64,000 nt of DNA, from assembly GCA_051362555.1 (NCBI GenBank), contig CM120647.1, forward strand, positions 3,658,001 through 3,722,000. The letters are read 5' to 3'. How positions within the stretch are numbered: position 1 is the first letter of the stretch; every line of letters starts with the position of its first letter. The translations under genes and the position numbers were made by a program. The DNA comes from Lingula anatina (Eukaryota > Animalia > Brachiopoda). Under the pieces are notes generated by a model that saw only the letters and a list, made by a program, of their open reading frames with translations, ran no database searches and was not told where the DNA came from. Below are positions 38,276 through 52,988 of this stretch, piece after piece.

Positions 38276-41200
38276 TGATATTTTGCTTCTTCAGTGCACG
38301 CGCTGATGTCACTGCACCTTTTGATTTGGCGAGTTTCGCACGAAATACGCTGGATCCAACAAGGTACCATCTGCTTGAACTTTAGTTTCAAATACTACTT
38401 ACAACAGATGTAAGCCGTTTAATATTTAAAGGTGACACGGCAAGGTCACAGTAATAGAATGTAACAGAGTGCAGCTTCCAGTACATATGGGACATATGCT
38501 GTATTCCAAGCTGTTATGATGCGGGTAGTTAGATAATGAATATACTGGAATGCGCCGCAAGTTTCCCATCAGAGTCAATCAATTTTAATGGTTGCGTGAT
38601 CTCCCAAATCCCTCCGCATGTACTGCGTAAGACAGAAATGTTGGATAATTAAGTCCTTGGGACACCAGCTTTGGAAAATAAAGACGGAATATGTTCTTCA
38701 GTGAGATTGATCATCTGGGCACCATAATCCCGGGATCAAATATATTCAAAACCAAGATGGCTTTATAGTCAAATGATTTTTGAAATTCCAGGTGCCTTTC
38801 ACAAATACAGTTTTAGTAAGTGTGCAAGGACTACATTTTTGAAGTGCGCGTCACATTTAGATTAGTTAGAGGCGGCGGATCGCTGAAAACGGTCGACATG
38901 TTAAATTAAACAAAAGAATAAAGCAAGTGAGTAACATATCTGCAGCATGTTATACATAATGTAACAGAACACGGCGCTTAATACGTGTATTATCAGTATG
39001 GGAGACAACAATCCACCTGGTTACAAATCTTTTCGGTGACAAAAAAATTCAGTAAAAAAACCACTGTTATTTGATTTATAAAACGGAGAGAGAAGGAGGC
39101 TATTTTACTTACAATAGACATCCTTGCTTTAATTACAGGCCCTTGTTTGCGACACAGAGAACTGTTTCATTGAAATTAGTCTAGATTTGACACAAACGAA
39201 TTTTGCAATGGTCTGTTTCCTATTTTAGATAACAACCCAAAGCTGTCGCCTCTTGGGCATTCTCAGAGTTGTCTGTGTTTCCTGGACTTGTTATCCCATT
39301 GGTGACATCCTCTCCCGCATCAGGAAATGAGTTGAAACGTCGCGTAATTTGTCAGCTCATTAAATAATTCACTATGGAGTTTCAACGAACTGGCCATGCG
39401 TTGTAGATGGATGGAAGCTTCTACTCATTAATTCAAATTTATGGGCCAAACACTTCTAATTATTTGTGTTTTTGGGGTGAGCTAGCATGGTCGTTTGAGA
39501 ACAAAATTAAATCGCAAAAAAATTCATGGTTGCTTACAGCTGCTTTTTTTCAAATTTGTCAAAAATGTACACACACACGAAAAAAGTTACAACAACAGGC
39601 AATAGTTTACTAGAACATGGCCACTTTCAGCGGGTTTTCAATAGATTGCCATGCCATAGAAGTGTGATGTCCTACTTCGTCGCTTCGATTGTAGTCTGAG
39701 CCATTCCCACCGTTAAAATTTTGATTAAGAAAGGATGACAAGCATGACGCGTGTTAAATCGATAGAATACATTTCCTCCTTCTTAGCGAAAACTGTCCTA
39801 TGCATTTGTCTCGTCAAGGGACGTGCCATTTGATTGCCCTAAAATACTAGTCCGATTCCGATGTACTATAATCATTTGTAAGCACTCTGTGGATAGAATA
39901 GTCGCTGATTGACCAGAAACGCCACAATAATTTGATTTTAAGATTAATCTGCAAGGATACAGGCTCCAATTTATGGTCATTGCCATATTCCTGAGACCAG
40001 GACTGTCGTATGTGCAAGAAATCAACAGATCGTGGTTTTGATGTTTTTTTTTCGAAGCAATGTTTATTCCATATAAGGAAGAGGACCATGCAGCGGCATG
40101 GTACGACTGCTTTCACCTTCGCCTTACAACGGGGAAACGTATTGCAGGTTTTAGTGAAGTCACGCCATACGTCTAGAGGCCCAGAAGCAAGATCCCTTCA
40201 CAAAGGCACTAACAGTTTTTTCTGTTTTTTTGGGGGGGTGGGGAGTGGGGGGTTGGGGGCTGGGGGGGTTGGGGGGGGGGTGCATCTCCAAAGGTAAAGA
40301 GTTCGGCCCAAACTTTTTAATAACATCAAACGTGGGCGAAACACAGATCCTTCGAGGTTTTGAAAATGCCGCCATGTACATAATATCGTGTATTTGTCCT
40401 TGCCTACAATATTAGTTCATCTAGCAAGAGTTTTTTTTACAAGGGCAATCTTAGTGTTTGTGATTAAATGGACCTCTTTTCCTGCAGAGCTTGGAATTCT
40501 TCGATAACATTTCAGTTATGTACATTTATAAATGGACAATTGCTGCACATCTCCATTTAATGTCGGGTATTTTTTTTCATTTTAATCGTTCACAGACGAA
40601 CTCGCCACTAAGGCATTCTATAAGTATTGAAGCGAATAAGAAGATCTCGCATATTGGCTTTCATTTAAATGGTTTTTTTCCGAAATGAGCGACCGGGTAT
40701 TTTGTACATGCATGCTGTTACACGTATCGGAATGCACCAGCGTTGTCTAGCATTGATCGTTCTCATCCTAGTTTGCAGCACGAATTGATTTGTAGCCTAA
40801 TCGCATTGTAACTAGGAATGAACCCTTGTTCATATTTCACGCACTGTTATTGGGTTTAATGGCAAAGCGAGCAAGTTATTGGCGCGAAATGCTCAATAAA
40901 ACGATTTTAGGTCGCACTTTTTGACGCCTCTTCCTTAATGTACCATGTCAACTTCAAGTGAAGACGATGTGTTTCAGACTTGGCTGACTGAGCATCGCTT
41001 GGTTGTTTTTTTTTGTTCAACTTGGGTTCATCTCGCTGTCCCTCGCCTTTGCAGGTTTTCTTGCGTGAGTTCGAATTTCAACCTTTTGTTTTACAACATA
41101 AAAACTTGAACCGTTTCTCAGTATCTTAACTTACGTCAAACAGTAATTGTATATTTCAACCACCAAATTTCTTTTTCGTACAAAAACAATTTTCCACTAA

Positions 41201-41399
41201 ACCTTATTTTTTATTTGTGACTCACCTAGCTGGCTTATCCGTTTTTAAGATGCTTGACGGTCAGTGTGATACACTAGGATGTGTGTTTGGACGTTTGCTT
41301 CAAGTTCTTGCAGCCTCTTTGCATTTACGCCACTCACTGCACTGAAATATAAATAATATCTATTGATACTCTGAAACCCTTATGGAATGTTCATTAGAG

Positions 41400-41805
41400 T
41401 TTAGAGTAGAATGAACAGAATAAGATGAATAAAGTCAATAAATAATTAGTTAAAATATTAAGATATGTTAAGATATTACAATAGAGAGCACAATGTAAAG
41501 ATAAAAAATAACCAAGTAAGTTATAAAACTTAAAAAAAAATTAATTATTTTTTTTAATAATGTCCTTCGTCTCTATATTTTTCAAATATGTTGGGAAACT
41601 GTTCCATTTATTTGGTCCGTAAACTTAAAAAGATAGGTCGCTGTATGTTCTCAATCCGCCATTGCTGGGTATGAGCAAAAACTGGACAAGTGATCTTAAC
41701 GTTTTGAAGCATAAGTATGAACTAATTGTACTGTACGGGGGTGCTGATTGCTAAAAAAAATTGCATGCATAAAAGTTAAAATTTCGAATAAACTGCGTGC
41801 TCTAA
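41400..41805 (-). mobile_element. Decayed L2/CR1-clade LINE 3' end
   Basis: The minus strand reads RTYSDLSF*VYGPNKWNSFPTYLKNIE from 41651 downward, matching the L2 ORF2 C-terminal G.RAFS..GP.LWNSLP motif. Upstream, RARSLFEILTFMH and SAPPY match RI.FKIL and APxY. The 3' boundary is approximate. Confidence 0.78.
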
Positions 41806-44800
41806 AAGGGCCGGAGCCCATCGGTTCTAAGGTCCCTACCTCGAAACATCATGTCTAACATTTAGAAATAACTTTCATGTTTGAAGTGATATTATTATAA
41901 ACTTTTAGTGTGTTTTGGAACAACCACATTGCGCGGTGTGGCAATGTCTTGAATGACGTAGAGTTCATGGCGTTTATACTCGTGCTTTCTGTGATGGGAT
42001 GGGAGGGTTTGACGGGGCTGTTAGTTAGTTATATATCCCAAAGGATTGACCATGCTTTGCCGCCATGCATGAAGGACATAGGGGTTGAATGCATGCTGTC
42101 TGGCAAAATCTGTGAAAAAAAAACGTTTTTCATAAGCTTGTTACCAAGAAAGCATTTCGTGTAATATTTTGATATCTCCATGATATAACGCAATTTGCAT
42201 TTACTTTGTGGATTGTATAACGTGAATTTCCAATACCAATTACTTTACAAGACTGTATTTGAATCAAATCCTGATAGAATTACATAGCCCCGGCGTCTGT
42301 CTGTGCATTTGTGTAGCCAGCCAGAGAAATCGGTAGTTGGCAAACACCGCTGCTCGAGATGCGTCTGTGGGGAGAGGTCAAGCGTGAAATCGGTTAAGAA
42401 AACTGATTTATTTTGTTTTGCATCTCGTCACGTGGTGGCCCGAGTTTTGGGGTGCACTTCGAACCATTCGCTACGGTAAATCGGAGTGCACTCTTGTAAT
42501 ATGTGTGAATCTGAAGGTTTAACAATTTGCTGCCATTATACAACATAGTTGGTCGAATTAGGTTGGTCGCATCATGGCAACATATAGGCTAGAGAAGCAG
42601 GGAGGGTCAGGGAGGCTTAATCCGTTGTTGACTTTAGTGGTTTTAAGATGGTAAACAAAACAATGTTCAGCATTATTAATTGAGAATCCATACAAGGAAA
42701 ATGTGAACTAACTATTTCTGACGCAATCAGATCTTGCGGACAAATCCAAAGCTATTGCTTCCGCTTCTATCTATATGCTCAAGTGCCTTTAAGCAATGTT
42801 ACGCAAGGACGCACATCGGGATTAAGTAAACTCTAAGCGTTGGCGTTGTCGAGTGAAGAAATCATTAGCCGACAAATACGACAAGCACACCACGGAAAAT
42901 TAAGTGTGACGTGGAGCTATAGAAAACTGTACTCAAGTTTGGCTTTGAAAAGCTTTCAGATGGTTCTTTGGAACACGGTTCTGTTTCACTGTTGAACAAT
43001 GCAAAATGGCGTATGCAGAAAGATCACTTTACAAAAATGATTGTCTTTTTGTTTTAGGGGAATTGTAACTTTCACATTTTCATCATTTTATTTCATAGAT
43101 TTTTTTGGCATTTTGTAAAATATAACATGTACATCATTCAACATCGAGCGTCGCATGCATTCCATCACTCCAGAGATATGCAGATACTTCAGAGATATGT
43201 ATAGCTTCCCTAGGCTCTATTATATATAGGTGTAGTTATTGAAGCCTGTTTTCCAATCAACACTCTCTTTCTTGGCTGATTGTACATTTGCTTGCGTGTG
43301 ACGCATTTGCTTGCGGTCATATTCGCAAACATATTTTTTTCGATATTCAAAAATTAGTATTGTTCTGTATTGCAACTTCAATAACAACAACAAGAACAAC
43401 TTAATCATGCCGTGGTCTATAAAGATGTACGCTTATTCAATGCACTGCTACAGAGAGAGGGAAATACTCGGTGGAGCACGCTGTAATCAATGAATTCTGT
43501 GTGCAGTGAAACTCCACGTGTGAAGCAATCTGTTTATTTTCGAGTTTCCTGAACGAAAAATTTGCTCCATCGTATTGAAATCAAGGCTGTGATTAATCGT
43601 CTTCACCACCCAGTATTTCGTAGGACTCTGAAAACTCATCTCTCCAAAAGCAGTATGTCTGGGTCAGTTCTTGAAACGTCTGAGGTCGCATTCAGAACAG
43701 TGCACTAACAAGTCCACAGATATAATATGGCTGACCCACTTGAATACTTTCCCACGGGGAATCTATTCAGTGTCTATTAGCGGATTAGACGGGAAGCTTT
43801 TTAGTGGGTCGCCATATTTGACCCGCGGACTAGTTAGTCCAGAATGTTCTGAAGTTCCCAGTGTCTTCTCAGGGTAATAGCTTGCGAGAATGAGTTGATT
43901 CTCTGAGAAAAAAAGTATCGAGGAAGAATTGTCAGTAAGGCCTCTTGGAAGCGCAGTCGTTTCACGTAAGGCGTTGCAGGATTTGGAGATCGACTCCTCT
44001 ACCTCGCGCAGATACAGAACACGTGGGCACGACAGTATTCTTGACACGTGACACGTGCATCTTGACTACGCAGTAACCGACTTTTCAAAGAACAAGTTAC
44101 ATGTCACGCTAAAAGCGCGGTGCAGACGTTGATATTTTATATCGCCCAGTATTCACTGTGCGTGAATCTAGCATACGTAAAAAGTTCAAACATTGAGCAA
44201 TGTTTACATTATAAATACATACTGACTACCGGCTTACGGAGGATATCTGGCGGTTTTGTTTTGTTAGTAAACTCAGGACTGCAGATGAAGAGCAGGTACA
44301 TGTACACACGTCTCGACTTTTACGATAACAACTTCTTTTTACCATCTTTAAGTATTTTGTTTACATTCGAGGATGTTTCGCAAATTCACGGCTTAGTACC
44401 TTGAAATACTCAGTGGTTAAGGTTAAGAACGCCACGTGCGCTGTGCTCGTCATATTTGTGTATACATAGAATGATATGAATACTCAAAATATAATCTTTA
44501 ACAAATGAAAATATGTGGACGAAATCAAAATTGAAATAGTACACTCCTTTCATTTGAAGTTTTAAGCCGAATATTTCAATGGTACTAGGGGAACATTTAA
44601 ATATCTTGAGCCAACCACTACTAGATATGGTTTTAGGTTTTGTAAAATAAACATACTACAGTAGTGGGTCGTATATTTACCTTTGCCTACAATTTTAATA
44701 TTCCGTAATTCAGGTTCAACGTAATATTAGAATATTTTGAACCGCCAGACATGACTTAACAATCCCCTGGTTTACATTCGGCTATGATATAAATTGGTTG

Positions 44801-45189
44801 AATAACTTAGAAGTGTACTGCACGCGTTTGATAATTACCCAGAGTCATGTTTTCTATTTCTATATCTACATATCCTACAAAACACTACTCTTTCCAAATT
44901 CAGAACTTTAAAGCCACGTGACCCTTAAAATAGAAGTACCTGGCGTCGATGATTCCTTTTGAAATGTAAAAGAAGACGAGGCGTTTTCAATGACGGACGC
45001 GTCATTCAGAACTGCATGTAAATCATTATGTTAAAATTGAACAAAACATGGGATCCAAGTCCAGTGATGGGTCGAGCAATGATTCATGGGTAGGAAAATG
45101 TTTTTTTTTCGATGGAAATAAAATCTGTCAGAGAAATCCCGCATAGAGTAGTTTTTACACTTTTAAAAGGTCCCGTTGCCCCGGCAGGA

Positions 45190-45350
45190 TGACAGGATTG
45201 GTGTTCATAGTACACATGTACGTTTCCCATTATTTTGTACAAGTGATTTTCGCCCCGTATACTAATCCCAACACTCCGACTAATCCTAACCTGTACTTAT
45301 CATATGGGACCCCGGACTTCCATTCCCAGGACTATCATTCCTATCATACC
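45190..45350 (-). mobile_element. Family B, copy 4
   Basis: tttcccattattttgtacaagtga...cctaacctgtacttatcatatgggaccccggacttccattcccaggactatcattcct. Confidence 0.87.
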
Positions 45351-46133
45351 ACAGACTTCGGCTATCTCTCACACAAGGTTTGAAAGCACCACAAGTAACC
45401 GTTCGTTTATTCCTCGTGGCCGTCAAGAGGGCGTTGCCGTCCACCTTGTTAGTTGTTTATATACGTTTTAAATGTCGAGAAATTTGTAACTCACCATTTA
45501 CACGACAAGAACATAAAGAGCGGTCTCTTAAAGTCTGTAAACTGAAGCAGGAAATCTCAAGAAACGCCTCCGAGCAATCTGAAAATAGACAAAGTTTTTG
45601 TAACGAATTAGACAGTGGTGTGAAATCAGCCCGACTTTTTGCCTTGCTTCATTTTCGTGTGGAAAATAACGTTCATTTCTTAACCACAAGTCTTGTGTAG
45701 CTCAATTTCGGATGATTTTAACGTGAGCATGGGGGCCGTGAGTCGTGATGTCAATACAGTAAAACGATAGCAATAAATGTCAACAATGACACTGACATTG
45801 AGACAAACAAAAATAAAGTAGATGGAGGTTTAAGAAAGATAGTGTTGACGTCTTTTTCTAAGAAAGACAACAGTCGTGGTGAATCATTTGGTATTCGTTC
45901 GTTTTTTTAGTTGAAAACCAAATTCTGAAAAAAGTACTTTTGTAAGTGCACCTTGTATATAAAGAACCGAATTATGAATCAAATCTCAGATATCCCATTC
46001 AAAGTTAACCGCTGGCGTGGATATAATGACAAAAGGTGACCACAATCGAAAAAAAAAAAGATCCAAGAAAATTCAAATGCCTTTAAGGCGACAGAACACA
46101 AAATGAAACAATCTGCGACTGTTAACGCCTGCA

Positions 46134-46395
46134 GGACCCAGTTTCATCAACATTGGATAGCGCTATCCTCTGGATAACACTATCCTTTGGATAAAATTGT
46201 TAACCTTTGGACACTTATCCTGTGGGTAAATAATGTTTAAATAAATACTTTATACTTATTTTTGACTCTTATATTGCTTTACAGTGGTTAAAAAAGGCTG
46301 CTATCATCAGGATAACTTTCCGGAGGATAACAATTCTATCAAAAGATAGTGATATCCGTAGGATAGCGCTATCCATTGTTGATGAAACTGGGTCC
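46134..46395. mobile_element. Harbinger-like fold-back MITE with GGATA/TATCC internal motifs
   Basis: ggacccagtttcatcaacattggatagcgctatcct mirrored by aggatagcgctatccattgttgatgaaactgggtcc; possible cag/cat 3-bp duplication. Confidence 0.9.
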
Positions 46396-46499
46396 ATTTG
46401 TTCGTCACTACTTTTCTTAAATATGCGTTTACAAGCTGTTATATCTGTTTATTAGTTAGGTACAACACAAAGGACCATACCCCTAATCTACTCTACCCT

Positions 46500-46501
<2 letters not shown>

Positions 46502-46583
<82 letters not shown>

Positions 46584-46671
46584 ACATGTGTGTATGTAGG
46601 TTCACGCTTTGTGTGTGTGTGTGCGTGTGTGTGTGCGCGTATGTATGTATGTATGTATGTATGTATGTATG
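46502..46671. repeat. Compound (TC)n(TA)n(CA)n, (TG)n and (TATG)n microsatellites
   Basis: Visible directly. Confidence 0.95.
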
Positions 46672-48368
46672 TTTTTCTGATCACAGGAACTATTGCCTTC
46701 CGAAAAAGTAAAATATCCAGAAATTATAATAACCTTCAGTTTTACAATGTGGGTGTAAGTGTGAGGTAATTGTTTTCAGTATCGCGTTAGCTAACTATGT
46801 ATTTTGTCAGGCGTCAGCGTTTGTAGGAGTCACAGAAGCAACTTAACACTGCAGTAATTTAACATTTGACATTCCCTGTATTCCAGGAAGACACACATTT
46901 CAACAAAATGGCCGATTTCTGCGCCGTCTAATACTTAGCCTGGTGCATGCGCATGAAAATACATGTTTTCGGCGTCCCTGAGTTTGGTAGACCTGGCCCT
47001 TGTTTTAAAAAATAAGTTAAATAAGTAAAATAGTTAATTTCCTGGCTAACAGGATTCACGAGAGTGCTGTAACAGTGTTCTTGCTAGGGTGCAACTGTAA
47101 GATGTGTGTATGTAAACAGTAAGTCTGTAAAGAAAAATCTTTTGGAGTACTTTGTACAAGTGTTATCAACCATCAAAAGCATGTTTATGGCTATCCTGGT
47201 GCCCAAGAAAATCAGGAAACCGAAAAATGATGTTTTGCCCCAAGAACCCCAATATTTCGCCACACGAGGAAATTGGATCTTTGTTAAAAGCATAATTAGA
47301 TGTTTTGAAGATACATTAAATGAATGCAAGACGAATAAAAAACCAAGACCTTTCATTTAAGATAAAATCTTCAACCCGCATTCTTTCCTTGAAGTGGAAT
47401 TGGCTAAATGAGCATAAGCTAAGTCTTGGTAAAACGAAACCTGGATAGTTTGCAAGGGTATCCGATAAATATAGCAACGAAAGGCCAGTGTCCTCATGAA
47501 CAATGACGCAGGACGCAAAATGACAGAAGTCGCAAAACCAGATTAACAAAGGCAAAAGAAAGCGTGACTCTTCAAGCGATTGTAAAGTGAGCGCCTATTA
47601 TCTGTAGCACATCGGTGACATGACCGAGTCGTTGTGCTTAGCTAAAACTGTCTTCTACCACAAGAAAGAATGCGCTTTTCAGGTACAAGTGGCGTCAAAT
47701 ACGCGGATAACTCTGGGTTTTAGGTTTTCATCTGGTTGGTCCCACAAACAGAAGACCACATTGTTTAATTTGAAAAACATAATTATGGTATTAACTCTTA
47801 TATATGCATATGTGTCTAGAACCGATGTGACGGCTTTAGGGGGTTGTGGTTCATATATATCTTAGTGTACCACTTCGTCGGGTTTCTAATCTGTCTTGTA
47901 TGCTATTACTGATGTTCATGATATGGCAACTTACTGTTCAGACATACGTCAAAAAATTCTGGATTCCATATTTAATACATGGTGATTCACACCTGTATAT
48001 ATCAAGTAATCTTATATATCACAAACTTGCGAAACGCCAATTTACCAGAATCTGGCCACACCTTTTCGACATTTAGAGATAAATTATTTATTGAAGAATA
48101 CACTATTATAACTATTAGTTAGTGAAAAGGTTTTGGCCGTGTCACCCAACTGCGTTTTACAACCATGTGTGCTTAATCTCCGAACGTTGCTAGATGAAAA
48201 CATTGCCTCCTTGTTTTAGGTGATTTATGGCTAGATCTTTGAGGATTTGAAATTAAGTTAGTGTCATGTTGGAGAGACATTACAGCTCGTAACATAATGC
48301 TGGTTTATAAATATTCTAAATCACCACATCTCCAAGTTCGGTTCTGCCGCCAGTCACGTGAAAAATTA

Positions 48369-48570
48369 GGCCCCATTCCCACAGACTTCATCGGTCAGCG
48401 TAGAGTGACCCAACTTTGTGGGGACTCTTGCTAAGTGCAATCAGCTTAACTGCGGAACTCCTCTTATTTCCAACATACTCGCTTAATTACCAGTTTTGCT
48501 TTATTCTGCTGGGAGGAAGTGTGTTAATCTGTTAAGCTGACTGCACTCAGCAAGAGTCCCCGCAAAATTG
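48369..48570. mobile_element. Long-TIR MITE family C, copy 2 (right end truncated)
   Basis: tta|ggccccattccca...gtggggactcttgctaagtgcaatcagcttaac, plus gttaagctgactgcactcagcaagagtcccc identical to copy 1. Confidence 0.85.
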
Positions 48571-51500
48571 CCACTGTCCAGTATCTATAGTGACCACTAT
48601 CAGGCTAAATGATGTACGTTCAGCTCCTCTGGATAATTGAAGAAAATGGTCATCTTAGAGTGTATGTAGGTCATGTTATAGGGTAATATGTACTGTACAT
48701 GTGTGTTGTATACAGATAGGGATAGTAATGGAATCGAAGGATCCGAGGGCTGTTATCGTTTGTTATACTGTATTGGGGGCGTTTATACCTATAGGGTATT
48801 ATATATATTTCAAGCTAGACGTCTGTTATCTCATTTGTCATAAGCTCTGAGTGCGGTGCAGTAACACTTATGTTAGTCCATGTTTCTCTACGTCGTTAGT
48901 TGAAATTTGGTTTTCTATTCTACATGTAACTTATCTGCATGATTCATGTTGTACACATAACACATGCTGTTATCAAAATACCGTATTTAGCTTGTCATAA
49001 CAAATAATGTAAACTGACATTATTTTTTCTTTTTTTCTATTGCTCTAAAAAGGGGCCTCCGCATGGTAAGAAACAGATCGCATGAGCCTTTTACATACAC
49101 ACCATTTCTGTTTATCCGCTCTAAAAGTCTTCGTTACACCGGCCTTGCGATTGCCTGGATACAAATTACGGCCCATTCTCAAAAAAGGTAAAGAAAAATA
49201 TCATTACTACTGATGTTTGAATTTGATGTTTAGTGCACGCATCAAATATTACCAAAGCCCCGACTTAGAAGACCGTGAGTTCGGGAAAATATTCGTTCGA
49301 TATCCGCGCGTTCGCAAGCCCGTGTTGCACAGGCCTACACCAGCGAATTTTAAGACGCACAGAGCAAAGTACACATCAAAGTCCAACCGACCGCAGACAC
49401 TAGGGACCAATAGCACCGTCTGTCGCCGTGTCATTTAGACCGAAACCAGTCCAGGATTACATCCTAGTGTAAAGAGACCCCCACTCAATTACAGCAGTTT
49501 ACCAGGCGCTGCTGATAAAGTCCTACAAAACAATTTTATCTTGCACGAGAAATCGAAATCAGCCAATTTCAACAGAAGATCAAAACACGCCACTTAGTGT
49601 GCTGTAATTATTGGCGTCGAGGCTCGCCAGCGGATTGTAAAAAAGACATCCGATTTTCTACATGTGATTGGACAAACCTTTTTGTCGACAATTGCTTCCT
49701 GAACTAAGTTTAAAATCATCGTACTTCATCGAAAGCCGGTCTTAATTTTAGGTCGGGAATTTGGGAATTTATATCTTTAGAAGTCTTTAGAAGTTGTACT
49801 CAACTCCATCATCCCTTAAAAGACCTCGTATCTCCAACATACGTAATTTGTATGTGAAGCCAAATGCTACACATAATTAAAAGAGCAACATTACATTGTT
49901 ATGTTTGGAATAAACAAAATGATGACATTTTGTCACCAGCATGCGAATAGTCTGTTTAGTGTTGACGTTGTTTACGACGTTAATTTAATGTCAACAGTTC
50001 AATTTCATTTCCGATGACATTTTGAGTTGTTACATCAACTCTTCCTTTTCGTACGTCATGTCTTCCTAAGCATGATATTATTTTATAAACTTGAATTATA
50101 ACTAACAAATACGGTTTGAAAATCACCCCACATAAGAACACAATACTACGCCAATCCAAGCTTTACCGATGGATCGTCGATTCGATTTTGAAGCTACAGG
50201 GGAGAGACTTATTTTTGCAATAGCCCTTTTCAATCGGAACATGCAATATTGTGTAATTTATTCATTAAATCATTCGGCATTTGCTGTGGCATTTTCTAGG
50301 AGTCGTACCTCAAAAGAGACAATGAGGTTTTATTTCATGCCGTTTGAAATGCTTAATTGGAACACACAAAACAGCGTAGTATCTCCTTCTAATGCAACCA
50401 GCGATACACCAAAATAGACTCAATCCGTTTGATCCGCTGGGGGCTTTAGAAGAAGATTTCATTTGGAAGATCTTTGATAAAAAGGCACTCAGTTTTTGTA
50501 ATATCGAGCAGTGGTAAAGATAAATCGGGTTACAGAGGTTTTGATCTAATAACAACAGTCAGTGAGCCTCCCACGCTCCACGGTATAGCAAACGTTTGAT
50601 GATATCTTTACAAGCCATTTGTGGAAAAATGGGCCATTGTTCGTCCCTGTGAATGGCAAAACCCGAAAAGGATGAATCTGGCTTCATTTCCCTTTAGTTG
50701 CAGCATCAGTTCGGGTGCGTTGATTGTGTCACTGCATAAGTTGGCGAAGTTTTGTCTGGCGTTTTCACTGATTACTCAGTACATCTGCTCTAAAAGGTGA
50801 AATATGTCAGCTGGTCAAACTGTTTATTTATGTGTTTATTAAACTGATAATCACGTGATCTTGCGAAATTAGATGGAGCTAGATACATAAATTCGACCAT
50901 CACTCATGAAGGAATACATTTTGTGGATGGAAAGTGTGACATTCATATCTGTCCGAAAGTGTTGAGAAAGTGAAAACTCTCAATTTCAATCTCGGTCAAC
51001 TCATCTTTGCCCGCAGCACATGTGGTGCTTTTGGTACTTTTAAAAGGTAAACTTCGATCATTGACCCGTGACGTTGTGCGGAAATCCTAAACCACTTATA
51101 TGTCTTCAAAGCATTGTCACTTGCCACATTTTCAAAATGTCTAGCGGGGCATCACTATTCATCTTTGCCATATCATCAACAAAGAAACCGCCGCCGCCAT
51201 GCGATCCATGCATTATGGTCGTCTGCTAACGTCGTCTAATGCAGTGTGATTTCAGTTTGATATTTAAGCAACTTCCCTAAACCACATCCCAAAATGAATT
51301 TCGGAAATTGACTGTCGAGATTTCTGTCGTCGGTAAATTGTGTGAGACGCATATATCGAGTGTGTCGAGGAAATACGTTGATTTGCATACTCTCCGCATA
51401 GACTTTCAATGTGGAAGGGCAAATTTTTGTAGACAGGTTTTCAATAGTTACGTTTTTTTCCCACAAAATATATTTGTTATTTCGTTAATCTTGGTCTGAA

Positions 51501-52147
51501 TAACCTGTATTCGAGGTCTCTGCAATATTAACTTTTGAAATACATTTTTTTGCATTATTGATTTTTTGCAAAGTTACCGTTATCCTCTATAAAACTGTAA
51601 GCCTTCATATTACTATACCGGTTTATGTTTTTTTCATGTTGTATATATGTTGTTTGTCTATACAGAATACATACATTAAATTGACCGAGTTCCAATAACG
51701 TACATACTAGTATAGTTTATTCACCTATGAATCGGGGCAAACAGACAGCATGTGTGTTTATGATTAAGGTAGTATTTTAACAGGCGATGCGATTTCGATT
51801 CCTAAAACAAGGGCTGTCAATCTAAGCCCACTGTGCTCCGCCCTCCGCCCGTTTTATTGAACAATCCTTATATCACCTGTCATTTGACTTGTTACGTGAC
51901 AACCATGTGGATTATTTAATGGTATGTTTCCATAGTTTCGTTGTTATTTCTATACAGAGGGCTGGTCAAAGAAATTACTGCCTTCTCTCAATTAAAGAAG
52001 TCAACACGGTTATACAATGTAGAAATCTTTATTTAGAAAAGGATTATATTCGACATTTTCTTATTATCTGTCGTTTACCTTGCAAAAAGAGAAGAATCAG
52101 AAGTAATATCATTAACACCACCCAGCAACGACCTCTGCCAAAAAGCC

Positions 52148-52509
52148 CAGGGTTTTGGGAAAAAGATCGACTAACTTTATCTAGACTTCTGTGGCTTTTG
52201 GCTTGACCATGAGATGATAACCGCTTCCAATAGCCATGTGCCCACTCTTTAACGATTTTCATGAATTTTTTTCCTGATAGCTTATAGACCCTACGGTTTA
52301 ATTTTCGACTCGTTTGTCATCAAAACGATGATAATTTTTGGCGTCAGATGTTTCAGATAATTTCCTCATAGACAACCTTTGGGTAGCTAGCGAATTCTTT
52401 TTAAGCTAATATCACAAAAACTGTGTACTTGTATTAAGGTTGAAAAGTGTATTTTAACACTGTCCAAAATGAAGAAATAAACAATTAGATTAACTGATGG
52501 GACACCCTG
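52148..52509. mobile_element. Possible Tc1/mariner-type non-autonomous remnant
   Basis: The right end tgggacaccctg is the reverse complement of the common CAGGGTGTCCCA terminus. The left cagggt at 52148 is only weakly similar and TA duplications are absent. Confidence 0.35.
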
Positions 52510-52951
52510 TTCGCTCAAACAGTGGTATCACTCCGCACGACCGACCGGTAACCCCCATTTTCTCAGAAGAATCACGATGATATCATCAAAACATTATAAA
52601 TAACCGCAGGAATGGCCATTTGATGAACAAACGCAGACTTAGAGAGAAAACTGTCTCCGCTCATTTGTTTTCCATTTTGCGGTGTCACAAAAATGTCTGT
52701 AATTAAGACCAAAATATATTGCCAAGAACCTATAACTGGCTTACTCCGTGCGCTTTATACGGATAAACTTTGAACAATACCTATTTGACACTCAGTAGTA
52801 TTGTAGAGGAGAAAAATGCAACAGAGAAACACTAAAATAGAAGTTGCATGCGCATTCGTGACTTTTTCCAAAGGAAATAGTTCGGAGAAATAAAAAGAAT
52901 AAGATGCTGAGAGACTAAAGGTCTGTAAAGCAGTGAGCTCGCTCTTCATCA

Positions 52952-52952
<1 letters not shown>

Positions 52953-52988
<36 letters not shown>
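52953..52988. repeat. (TAA)n microsatellite
   Basis: Visible directly. Confidence 0.95.

Noticed and set aside
41960-42020. EFMAFILVLSVMGW as KCNQ exon 2 (S1)
   Set aside because: Only LVLSV matches. It lacks the Cys and STI residues and a proper phase-2 acceptor.
43890-44050. Protein-like + strand frame SEKKSIEEELSVRPLGSAVVSRKALQDLEIDSSTSRRYRTRGHDSILDT as an alternative exon
   Set aside because: Bounded by stops, with no start codon and no convincing splice pair or family match.
49125-49480. Possible MITE with gtcttcgttacac / gtgtaaagagac ends
   Set aside because: The inverted match is too degenerate and there is no TSD or second copy.
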